NCBI GenBank assembly: GCA_964016885.1
Contig: OZ024740.1
Span: 263,748,001 to 263,812,000, forward strand
Source: Eledone cirrhosa
Lineage: Eukaryota
Length of the DNA stretch: 64,000 nucleotides
Direction: 5' to 3'
How positions within the stretch are numbered: position 1 is the first letter of the stretch; each line of letters opens with the position of its first letter. A program made the translations under genes and the position numbers. A model generated the notes under the pieces. It made no database searches and was not told where the DNA came from. It saw only the letters and a list, made by a program, of their open reading frames with translations. Positions 1 through 10,961 of the stretch are shown in pieces.

Positions 1-1750
1 TTTGTTCTTGTGGACCAGTAATGTTTGTGCTAATATCAACCATACTGGTATAAGTGTATCTCCTTTAAGAACTTGTTGTAGAGTTCAGTAAGATACCTCC
101 GATAGAATATCAGTTTTTTGTACCAATAGCCGACAATCATGTCTCTTCCTGGTGTTTTCTTACCTTGGAATTTTCCTATCACAGTCTCAAGGGTACCCTC
201 ACTATTTCGTATGTTTTTGTTGTAGTGTAGGAGCTCTAGTTCTTTCGGATTTCTCTTAGCCACACTGCATCTTGGTTGAAATCTTCTTTTTACCCCATAT
301 TTTGCTCCAAACGGAATCTATGTCTTTCTGGGATGGGGCCTCAGTGACACTTATTATTTTGTTCTTCATATCTCTAGAGACTGATGTTTGGTTTCGTCTG
401 AATCTTTTATTAAGCACTTTTTTCTCATCTACCTTCTTCAGGTATCGGCGTTTTTCGCTAACAGCTCTCAATTCTTGTTTGAGGGTCATCAGCTTATATT
501 GAAGAGTTCTGGTTCTACTGTTACCAAACATCGTCTCTATTTTATTTTTCACTCTTTGTTGGTGTGGAGTGAGTTTTTTTGTGTTTGTTTGCATGTAAGG
601 AGCATTGTCACCTATCCTATGGTTTTTCGTAGGTCAGCAATCTTTTTTTCTATTTTAGTTATATATGATTGTATTTTTGGTGGTGTTTTGTTCTTGTTAA
701 TATCTCTGCTATCACCAAGATAATGCTTTAGTGTCGTTGCTAAGGCATATAAACAGGCGTTGATTTGCCAAAATGTTGAGGTTTTTATCCTGCTATTTCG
801 TCAATAACACGTAATATTTCAATGTTTGTTTTTTTTGTTATTAAACATTGTCGTTTTAACACGTTCAGCAAGAGAGATATTTATACATGAATTAATTTCT
901 CTCTGGAAGATTTCGTTGAGGGAAATTTTCAATTGTTTATACTTTTGATTATTATCATTATCGATAGTATTTTCCACAACAGTCGGGGTAGACTCGGATG
1001 GTACACGTGGTTTCAAATTTCTTCGATTATTATTATAATTATTATTATCGATAGTATTTTCCCCAGCATTCGACGTAGATTTAGATGGTACAGCTGGTGT
1101 CAAGTTTCTTACAGGCATAGTTGTTGCAAGATGCTGTTCGACATTGGCTGCTAGGAAGTCTAGTAGCATGACGACCTGTAGCACATGTTGTTGATCCCAT
1201 GTTTTTTGTGGGGCACTTACAATTACTAATATTTATCTTATTTTAACGTTCAACAAACGTCGCTTTTTGGCGTAATTGTTTCGCTGTGAAATAATTTAGC
1301 TCTGGGTGCATTTCGTCCCAGTGTAGCTTCATTCTATTCATATAGCCAATGGAGGGATTGTTTTTTTGCCATTTTATAACAATTGAATAAATCATTATTA
1401 AGTTCCCAACTCCAAGAGAAATGCGATTTGTAATTTCGGTTTCTTCTATAGCTACAACTGAATAAAGTTTGTTTACCTTTCTTGTTGTTTGTCTTCGATA
1501 CTTCCTTTATTTTATTGTTGATATTGTGTTCAGCCATGATGTTTGTAGCAAATCCAATCCTTGTAAAATGAATTATGTATTTAGTCGGATATATCTACGA
1601 ATTCGAATAAAAGGTGTACTCAGAGGATATAGTTAGAAGAATAACGAGTTATCTAACATGACTATAGTTGTGGCATTACTGTCGGAGATAGTATTTATCT
1701 TAAATTTAAAAAAATAGTCTGCCAGGTCAAAATATGCGACTGATCGCGTT
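1..1750 (-). mobile_element. 5' half of a degenerate R4/Dong-like RLE non-LTR retrotransposon (family B), running off the window's left edge
   Basis: Broken ORFs 1334-1537, 819-1184, 256-594 and 36-263 (KKTPGRDMIVGYWYKKL, start of RT). Bases 1-200 match 3936-4135. Putative 5' end abuts a short TATG tract at ~1751. Confidence 0.85.
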
Positions 1751-1768
1751 ATGTATGTTTTATGTATG

Positions 1769-4135
1769 TTCTTCTGGTTTTATAATTTCACAAAGTTTTA
1801 CAATATAGAGAGAGTCGGTTTCTAACATAGACACAAGACTCTCTCATTGGAATTTACACAACATCAACTAGGTAGATATGTATGTATGCATGCATATGTA
1901 GATATGGATGTTATTGTATGTGTGGATGTGTATATTTTGAGTTGTATGTGTGCATGTGTATATGTTTGTATCTGTACATGTGTATATGCAGTTATTAGAT
2001 GCAACATTTTTTGAATGTTTTACATATTTTTACTGTTCCATTAATGAATTGTACTTGTAGTTTCCTAAATATTTGTGTTCTTTCTGTTCCTGTGAAACCT
2101 AGCTTCTCAAGATTTGTATTGAGGCAGTTACTAACATATCCCAGTGCCCCAATAATCACAGGCATAAATCTGAAGGTGTAATCAGAGTGGAATATCTGCA
2201 GATTTCTCACCAGTTCTGCATAAATATTCTCCTTTTCACTAATCTTTGATATTATATTGGCTTCTGCTGGGCAGCTAATTTCCACTTCTGTGCATGTTTT
2301 CTTCTCCCTGTCCCATATCATAATATCTGGTATGTTCTGCCTGCATTTTATTGGGGTTTTTACTGGAACATTCCACCAGTACTCTTTCATATTATGTACA
2401 TAGATGTCTTCCACTTTGTTGTAGCTTTTAATGTGTTTATTTTCGGGGCTATCTTTTTTTACGAAATGCATTGAACAGTGTTTTGGCCACTACATCATGC
2501 CTCATAGGTAGATAGTACCGCGATGACATCTTTGGATAGCTGCTGATGACATGGGTGATATCCTCGATGTTAGTTCTGCAGAGTCAGCACTTGTTATCAC
2601 ATCTCGATGTCTTGCCTGCATCCCTATCTCTTTTGTGATCAGGTATTTCGTGCTAATCTCATGTTCTTGGATTGCAAAAGCGTATCCTTCAAAGTGGGAG
2701 CCAATATAGCGGTTGTTGGTCCAAGATAGACTACTTTCCTTATCTATATTGCTCTCACTCTGGAGCTTCCTGGCAACATATCCATGCATGATTTTTTGCT
2801 GATAGGCATGCAGTTTTTCATCCATGGATTCACTGCGATACTGCTGATCGACATCCCTGGGTGTGAGTTTTTGACTATCACACAGGGAATATCTCTCAAT
2901 GAGTTCCTTGCCAACTCTCATGATCTTATATGTTTCATGCAGATAGACTTGCTCGAGAAGCGGGCTCCTACGCTTCGAGGTTCGAATATGTCGAATTGAG
3001 TATTCCAAACGTTGGTGTTAGGACAGGCACAGCAAACACATTGTGAGCCACTGTTTTGTTTTGCGCAGAGAGTTCAGATGACCAGATCTTTAATCGGGTT
3101 ACGCGATCTTTATTACAGATACCATTATAGGACATGTTCTCATCTATCCCCAGGTATCTGTAACAGTCCGCATCAGATATCGGTGAAACAGTTAGACCAT
3201 TGATGACAATGTTGCTAGATTGGGTTGTTGTTTTTCCTCGCTTTACATTCATGTATGAGCATTTATGTTGGCCAAACTCCATTCCTATATCCTTTGAGAA
3301 CGTTGTAACCAGGTCAAGATTTTACTTCATCCCATCCATGTTCTTGGCATAGAGTTTCAGATCGTCTACAAAGAAGTTATGGGTTAGGTTCGTATTTCTG
3401 TCCTCCTGTGAGCCAATGATGTATCCCTCACATTTCTTGAGCAGAAAGGACAAGGGCTTTAATGACAAGATGAACAATATCACAGAGAGATTGTCCCCCT
3501 GAAATATACCCCTGCAATATTTTATTTTATCAGTGAAAATAGAGTCCTCCCTCTCTGTCTTTAACCTTAGGATAGTAGCCCAAGAAGAAGACAGCCTCTC
3601 TATGGCGCTGACAATAATGTCTGGGACTTTATCGAGTTGGAGGGCCTCTATCATCCAAGAGTGGGGAACAGAATCGAAAGCTTTATTGTAATTTCAGACA
3701 GACTGTAGTCATATTCCTCTTAAGTTGTCGCACCTCCGACATCGCAGTTTTGTTGATTAAGAGTTGTTCAGCACATCCCCAAACCCTTTTCTTTCCAGCT
3801 GCTTGTTCATCTGTGATGATGTTATTATTTTCACAGTGATCTTGGAGGAATAGGTTGAGGCAGGCTGTATACATCTTATACATCAGTTTCTGGCATGCAA
3901 TGGGTCGGAATTTTTTTGCCAAGTGGGTGTCTTTGTTCTTGGGGACCAGTAACGTTTGTATTAATGTCAACCATTCTGGTATAAGTGTATCTCCCTTAAG
4001 AACTTGTTGGTAGAGGTCAGTAAGATACCTCCGATAGAATATTAATTTTTTGTACCAGTAGCCGACAACCATGTCTCTTCCTGGTGTTTTCTTATGTTGG
4101 AGTTTTCCTATCACAGTCTCAAGGGTACCCTCACT
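1769..4135 (-). mobile_element. 5'-truncated, frameshifted R4/Dong-like RLE LINE (family B)
   Basis: RT motifs FRPIAC, IFQGD and FVDDLKLY; RLE region EYWWN..PDIMIWD..EISCP..K (1995-2471). 3' UTR is nearly identical to 32550-32780. Both ends lie in TATG repeats. Confidence 0.9.
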
Positions 4136-4240
4136 TATGTATGTATGTATGTATGTATGTATGTATGTATGTATGTATGTATGTATGTATGTATGTATGT
4201 ATTATAACTGCATGTATGCATGTATGTATGAATGTATGTA
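4136..4240. repeat. (TATG)n microsatellite
   Basis: Direct reading; flanks the family B insertion. Confidence 0.95.
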
Positions 4241-4338
4241 AGTATATGCGCGCGTGTGTGTGTGTGTGTGTTTATGCGTGTGTGTCGATATAGATTTGTA
4301 TAAATGAATATATGAATATGTATATATATATAAACATT

Positions 4339-5087
4339 AAATGGAAAAAATGAAATTACATTTCTCACTCTTAGTACGGCTTAAATATAAGTATGTATAA
4401 GTACATACATATATGTATACAGACGTATACGGGCTGTTTGTTTACAAACAAACCGAACATATAATAAATGTTCGGTAAAACCATACGTACATATATATAT
4501 GTGTCCATGTATGTATGTATATACATACTACTGTACGTCTGTATAAATATATGTATGTACGTATACATACTTATATTTAAGTATCAGCCGTACTAAGAGT
4601 GAGAAATGAAATTTCATTTTTTCCATTTATCGTTTTTGGTAGTACTGGCCGACTAACTGACTCGATATGGAAATTTGGCTGCTCTGCCGTTAATATGCAT
4701 AAGGAAAGTATATACTTTGAAATGTTCAATCGACTGACAGGAAGGTATACAGTCCTGATGACAACTAATCAGTTAGAATCTAGTTCATCGTTCCTTTGTC
4801 AGTGTTGAACAAAAGAGTAACGATGGTTGCCGAACACTGTACGGCTAATTCGGGCTGTTTGTTTACCAACAAATCGAACATTATAATAAATGTTCGGTAA
4901 ACCCATACGTACATACATATATATGTGTGCATGTATGTATGTATATACATACTACTGTACGTCTGTATACATATATGTATATACGTATACAGTATCAGCC
5001 GTACTAAGAGTGAGAAATGAAATTTCATTTTTTCTACTTATCGTGTTCGGTACGCTCGGCCGACTAACTCACTTGATATGCAAATTA
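4339..5087 (+). mobile_element. Non-coding hammerhead-bearing repeat (family E, copy 1): ~1.5 tandem units of 421 bp plus an inverted 5' piece
   Basis: CGGGCTGTTTG recurs at 4430 and 4851. 4339-4427 is the reverse complement of ~4534-4628. Homologous to 60531-61170. Confidence 0.85.
4749..4791 (+). ncRNA. Degenerate type I hammerhead ribozyme motif
   Basis: CTGATGA-c-AACT-aatc-AGTT-a-GAAT-ctagtt-catcgt; GAAA is mutated to GAAT. Homologous to the better-preserved motif at 60881. Confidence 0.6.
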
Positions 5088-5321
5088 GTATAATAAATAT
5101 GTATATACGTATACATACTTATATATAAACATTCATATTTATAATACATACATACATAAATATACATATATATATACACTACAAACACACACATATATAT
5201 ACATATATACATATAGATAATAAATATATATATATATAAATGAAAAGTATAGAAATTATTGTAGCAAGAAGCCAACAGTATTCCATAATATAATATAATA
5301 TACCTATATATATATGTGCAT

Positions 5322-5522
<201 letters not shown>

Positions 5523-5787
5523 CATGCATAGTTGTTTTTCCAAAATTTCCATTTATTATGTCGATAATAATCATTTTTCTTCGGGATAAACTCTATGTAC
5601 ATTTTTCTTATATTGACCTGTAATTTTTTTCATGATTTGATAAAATATATTTTTTATTATATCTTCCATTATGTTTTTCACAAATTTCATTTATTAACCT
5701 AAAGCATATACCTTCTTTAACCTCTATTCATAGTTATTGTATCTCGACTGTATATTGTCACTCTGATCATGATCAGGATCATGAATA

Positions 5788-5806
5788 ACATCATCATCAT
5801 CACTCA

Positions 5807-5874
<68 letters not shown>

Positions 5875-5931
5875 TTACAGAAGATGTTGTTGTTGTTGTT
5901 GTTGTTGTTGTTCTTCTTCTTCTTCTTCTTC

Positions 5932-5993
<62 letters not shown>

Positions 5994-6005
5994 GTTATTG
6001 TTATT
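5788..6005. repeat. Compound trinucleotide microsatellite (CAT)n(ACT)n(GTT)n(CTT)n(ATT)n
   Basis: Direct reading; the ATT block is the left end of the retroelement array. Confidence 0.95.
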
Positions 6006-7271
6006 CCTTGAATCTCAGTCATTGATGTTGGTTAACTGGAAAGTCCGTTGGATTGAATATCAAGCCACTACCTGCAGCCTCAGATATTCAGGACGTATCG
6101 GAGGGTTCTTGCTGTTCCAAGCAAGCATGCCTTTTGAAGCGTTCCAAAAAGCGCGAAGGGGCCGATTTTCTTTAACCATCCCTGGAAACTTTTGGAGATA
6201 GTCCCCAGTGCGCCTATGACAATCGGGATCACTTTGACTTCATGGCAGTTCCAAATCCTTTTCACCTCCCACTTTAGGTCCTGGTATCGGTTAATTTTCT
6301 CCCTCTCCTTCTCTTGCAATCTCGTGTCGAACGGGCAGGCCACATCCATAATCAGACACGATCTTTTTTCTTTGTCCACAACCACCAGGTCAGTTCTATG
6401 GTGCTCCAGTTTTTTGTCCGTCTGTATCCTAAAATCCCACAGCACCTTCACCTGATCGTTCTCCATCACCGCCTCTGGCCTATGCTCATACCATTTCTCA
6501 GAATGTGGTAAATTGTTTACTTTGCACAGGTGCCAGTGGATCACCCTGCCCATCACATCGTGTCTCCAGCCCTTATAGTGGGTCTGGGCTAGGTGTTTAC
6601 ACTCGGACACAATGTGAGCCACAGTCTCCTCTCTCTCTCCACAGATCCTGCACAGTGGGCTAGCCTCCTACTTGTAGATATGGTGCTTCAACCACTTCGT
6701 TTTGAGGGCCTGCTCCTGCGCAGCCATTAGCATTCCTTCTGTAGCCTTTTTGAGGTCTCCTCTTCTCAACCAGTTCCATGTCTGTGGATCTCTAAATTCA
6801 GTTTTCTCAAAGAAGGTACTATGAAGGGATTTTCCCTTAAGGCTGCTCTTCCTCCTTGATGTTATTTCCTCCTTAGACATCCCCTGGCCTACTGTACCCT
6901 CCTTCAGTACAGTTCTGAGCATTGGCTCCTTACTATAGGTCACGTATTTGTATAGGTTGTTTTTCTCCATCTGAACACAGTCCTCTATGATGATAAGACC
7001 TCTTCCACCCTCAGATCTCCTTAGGTAGAGTTTATCGACATCACTCCTTTTGTGGAACATGTTGTAGATAGTCAATAGCTTCCTAGTCTTCCTATCCATT
7101 TCTTTTTGTTCAGCAACATTCCATCTCAGAATTCCCGCACTGTACCTAATAATAGACACAGCTCGGGAATTTACTGCGCTTATGGCATTTCTGCTGTTCA
7201 GATGTGACTTCAATACGCTCCTTACTCTCCGAATGTATTCAGTTCTTAACAATTCCTTCATTTTTTTGTTC

Positions 7272-7275
<4 letters not shown>
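6006..7275 (-). mobile_element. 5'-truncated R4/Dong-like RLE LINE (family A, copy 1)
   Basis: C-terminal region with CCHC knuckle, WRHD and RLE motifs (PD mutated to TD); internal stop at 6668; TTA repeats at both ends. Confidence 0.92.
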
Positions 7276-7304
<29 letters not shown>

Positions 7305-7316
7305 GTTGTTGTTATT

Positions 7317-8393
7317 CCTTGAATCTCAGTCATTGATGTTGGTTAACTGGAAAGTCCGTTGGATTGAATATCAAGCCACTCCCTGCAGCCTCAGATATTC
7401 AGGACGTATCGGAGGGTTCTTGCTGTTCCAAGCAAGCATGCCTTTTGAAGCGTTCCAAAAAGCGTGAAGGGGCCGATTTTCTTTAACCATCCCTGGAAAC
7501 TTTTGGAGATAGTCCCCAGTGCGCCTATGACAATCGGGATCACTTTGACTTCATGGCAGTTCCAAATCCTTTTCACCTCCCACTTTAGGTCCTGGTATCG
7601 GTTAATTTTCTCCCTCTCCTTCTCTTGCACTCTCGTGTCGAACGGGCAGGCCACATCCACAATCAGGCACGATCTTTTTTCTTTGTCCACAACCACCAGG
7701 TCAGGTCTATTGTGTTCCAGTTTTTTGTCCGTCTGTATCCTAAAATCCCACAGCACCTTCACCTGACTGTTCTCCATCACCGCCTCTGGCCTATGCTCAT
7801 ACCATTTCTCAGAGTGTGGTAGATTGTTTACTTTGCACAGGTGCCAGTGGATCACCCTGCCCATCACATCGTGTCTCCAGCCCTTATAGTGGGTCTGGGC
7901 TAGGTGTTTACACTCGGACACAATGTGAGCCACAGTCTCCTCTCTCTCTCCACAGATCCTGCACAGTGGGCTGGCCTCCTCCTTGTAGATATGGTGCTTC
8001 AACCACTTCGTTTTGAGGGCCTGCTCCTGCGCAGCCATTAGCATTCCTTCTGTAGCCTTTTTGAGGTCTCCTCTTCTCAACCAGTTCCATGTCTGTGGAT
8101 CTCTAAATTCAGTTTTCTCAAAGAAGGTACTATGAAGGGGTTTTCCCTTAAGGCTGCTCTTCCTCCTTGATGTTATTTCCTCCCTGGACATCCCCTGGCC
8201 TACTGTCCTCTCCTTCAGTACAGCTCTGAGCATTGGCTCCTTACTACAGGTCACGTATTTGTATAGGTTGTTTTTCTCCATCTGAACACAGTCCTCTATG
8301 CTGATAAGACCTCTTCCACCCTCAGATCTCCTTAGGTAGAGTCTATCGACATCACTCCTCTTGTGGAACATGTTGTAGATAGTCAATAGCTTC
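7317..8393 (-). mobile_element. 5'-truncated R4/Dong-like RLE LINE (family A, copy 2)
   Basis: Open frame 7391-8386: CRICGEREETVAHIVSEC, RHD, NRPDLVVVD..DVACP..EKINRY. Same 3' junction as the other A copies. Confidence 0.93.
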
Positions 8394-8419
8394 GTAATTA
8401 TTATTATTATTATTATTAA

Positions 8420-8459
<40 letters not shown>

Positions 8460-8476
8460 GTTATTATTATTATTGT

Positions 8477-8578
8477 TGTTCTTTTTACACGCAGAAATTC
8501 ACTTTTGTACCGTCCTGTATTGTCCTGTACTGTCCTTAATGTCTACTTTATGTAAACCCTTGTGGTTAATAAAGAAAG

Positions 8579-8579
<1 letters not shown>
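8477..8579 (+). mobile_element. ~100-bp 3' stub of the Tx1-like LINE
   Basis: Matches 14541-14644 (...TGTAAACCCTTGTGGTTAATAAAGAAA.C), followed by (ATT)n. Confidence 0.9.
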
Positions 8580-8615
<36 letters not shown>

Positions 8616-8829
8616 GAATGCCATGGTTGACGGAGGCTCGGCTCTGTAAGGTATAGTAATTTTTAACCGTTAAAACAATTGTAAATTGTTTAAAACTTGA
8701 ACCAAATTGTTGATAAAGACACCCTCCTCCTCGTGAGAGGGGTCTTTCTGTCCGTTGTTTGGCCCTTCGGGGTTAAATAACCAGTTATTGGGGTTTTGTA
8801 CCCAATATTCATTTTAAACAAAAAACAAC

Positions 8830-10926
8830 ATGGCTACGAAAAAGAAATTTCATACGTCACTCCCACTCATTCCGTCTTCTTCTTCCTCAATCATCACTAC
8901 AGCAGAGAGAAGATTGTCTCTCTCCCTCCCTTCTTTAAATGTGTCTCTCTCCCTCCCTTCTCTTTCGCAAGCGACGAAAGAAAAGAAAAGTCTCGTGCAA
9001 AGCGTGCAAGGTTTCTCCACGACGACGACGACAGCGACGAAACAGGTGTGCGGGAAATACGAAAACCCAGTTCATTCGTCTGACGTCAGGAATAATAGCA
9101 GTAGCAGCCGTAATAACAACAGCAACAGTGACAATGAAAACAACAGTAGCAGCCGCAACAGCATCACCAGCAGCATAAACAACAACAGCATTAGCAGCAG
9201 CAACACCAACAACAACCACAGCAACAGCGGCGGAGGCAGTAGTCGTAGTACCTGCAGCAACAACAAAAGTACCAGCAGCTCTGACGACAACAACAACAGC
9301 AGAGAAAAACCAATCTCATTTGCAGGTATTGCGAAAAACTTGGAAACAATCCTCATAACAAATGAGGAATTAGAGGAAGCGAAGAAGATGGTGACAAAGA
9401 ACGGACACCGAGCAATCTGCAAGGCAGCGAAAAATTTTTTCGAAACCCAAGAGCACTGTACGGTCACGTACCGTACAGTAAGTACAAAATCCCGTAGGGT
9501 GGAAAGAGCCACAGAGGCCCAAATACAAAAAGCCTTGGGGTCTGTGTGGCAGAGGAAAACGCACATCACCCGAGGCAAAAAATACGCCACCGTAGACGTA
9601 CTTTTTGCCACACCCCAGGAGGCAAAGGCCCAATCAGTAGTGACCCTAAGGAGCGAGGAAATGGTGTTGGTGCCCTCCTACTGCGGGCAAAAAATTGTGA
9701 GGGTCAAACTGACCCACGTCCCCCCCGGAATGACCCCTTCTTGGCTGGCCGCGTCTGTCCTCGTCGGAATCGAGGACAAAACAACTGTACTGCAAGTACA
9801 GAAAAAAGTAAGAGAAGATTGGGTCGGCTCCTCCATTGAGATGCTAATCCAAACCAACCAGGAGTGCATCGAAGCTATCCCGGATGTGATAGACTTCGAT
9901 AACGGCACTCAACTGCCCATAAGTGTTGAGGGCAAACGCCCGAAATGCTTTCGCTGTGGATCGAAGACTCACCTCAGGGCCTTCTGCAACGAGAAGACCC
10001 TGAGAAAGGAGAAAACCCCCCTCCTTCCGAATCCGGCTCCACGGCTACCAGCAACAGGACAAGCGGCAACCAGGAACGATAGGTCCGTGGCACCCATACC
10101 CACTCCACGGAAATCAAAGACAGCAGCAGCAGTGGAAATATTAACAACAACAACAGCAATACCAAATGCAGCTGCAACAGAGACTCCAGTGCAAACATCA
10201 CCAACAACAACAAGTGAAAGAGTGGAGCTGGTACCCCTCCCCGACCTTACAGAATCAGACATGGAGTGTGAGGTGGGAGAGGGATGGCAAAAGGTCGCAA
10301 GAAGGCACAAACGCAGAAGCAGCGCATCGTCGCCTTTGAAAAGGGAGGAAAGAAATGAGAAAAGGGTAAAGTCTACTGCAAAGAGACCCACAGCAGCAAC
10401 ACCACCAACACCATCACCACCCACACCAGCACCACCATCACCACCGGCGACAACCCCACCGCCAACAACACCTTCAACACCACCACCACAAGCACCAACA
10501 TCGCAAACACAACAACAAAACACACACACCCAGCAACAACGACAAGAAAATAGCAGAACCACACCCCACCCCCAGAAAAACAAATGCACGGCAATAAACA
10601 CACACAACAAGAAACTAATGACTTACATAATTGAACACACAGACATTTCACAACAGGACTACATAATACCAGCACCAATCAAAACGCCAACTAACATAAG
10701 ACTGCTAAAAATAGCACAGAAACAATACACAAACATTAAAACGAAATTCCCCAACGCAGTTGGTGATTTCAGGGACCTAGGAGGAACCATCAATCGAAGA
10801 GTATATTCAGACATTCTCTTAGAAGAGCCGACGACCAGCCGAAGGGACGATTCAACGGTCCCTTCACCAGACGATCAAGTGAAAAGGGATGTAAAAACCA
10901 TCCCTCCTCTACCAAAAGTACGGTAA
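8830..10926 (+). CDS. LINE ORF1p (gag-like nucleic-acid-binding protein, 698 aa)
   Basis: CCHC knuckle CFRCGSKTHLRAFC, basic WQKVARRHKRR segment, N/S- and P/T-rich low-complexity regions; lies upstream of ORF2. Confidence 0.88.
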   Translation: MATKKKFHTSLPLIPSSSSSIITTAERRLSLSLPSLNVSLSLPSLSQATKEKKSLVQSVQGFSTTTTTATKQVCGKYENPVHSSDVRNNSSSSRNNNSNSDNENNSSSRNSITSSINNNSISSSNTNNNHSNSGGGSSRSTCSNNKSTSSSDDNNNSREKPISFAGIAKNLETILITNEELEEAKKMVTKNGHRAICKAAKNFFETQEHCTVTYRTVSTKSRRVERATEAQIQKALGSVWQRKTHITRGKKYATVDVLFATPQEAKAQSVVTLRSEEMVLVPSYCGQKIVRVKLTHVPPGMTPSWLAASVLVGIEDKTTVLQVQKKVREDWVGSSIEMLIQTNQECIEAIPDVIDFDNGTQLPISVEGKRPKCFRCGSKTHLRAFCNEKTLRKEKTPLLPNPAPRLPATGQAATRNDRSVAPIPTPRKSKTAAAVEILTTTTAIPNAAATETPVQTSPTTTSERVELVPLPDLTESDMECEVGEGWQKVARRHKRRSSASSPLKREERNEKRVKSTAKRPTAATPPTPSPPTPAPPSPPATTPPPTTPSTPPPQAPTSQTQQQNTHTQQQRQENSRTTPHPQKNKCTAINTHNKKLMTYIIEHTDISQQDYIIPAPIKTPTNIRLLKIAQKQYTNIKTKFPNAVGDFRDLGGTINRRVYSDILLEEPTTSRRDDSTVPSPDDQVKRDVKTIPPLPKVR

Positions 10927-10961
10927 GTGGTCTTTCCCATCTTTTCCACTCTATTTTAAAC

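Noticed and set aside
8715-8760. HDV-like ribozyme in the Tx1 5' UTR (TCCTCGT resembles the L3 loop)
   Set aside because: No P1/P1.1/P2 pseudoknot could be built; a simple hairpin explains the sequence.
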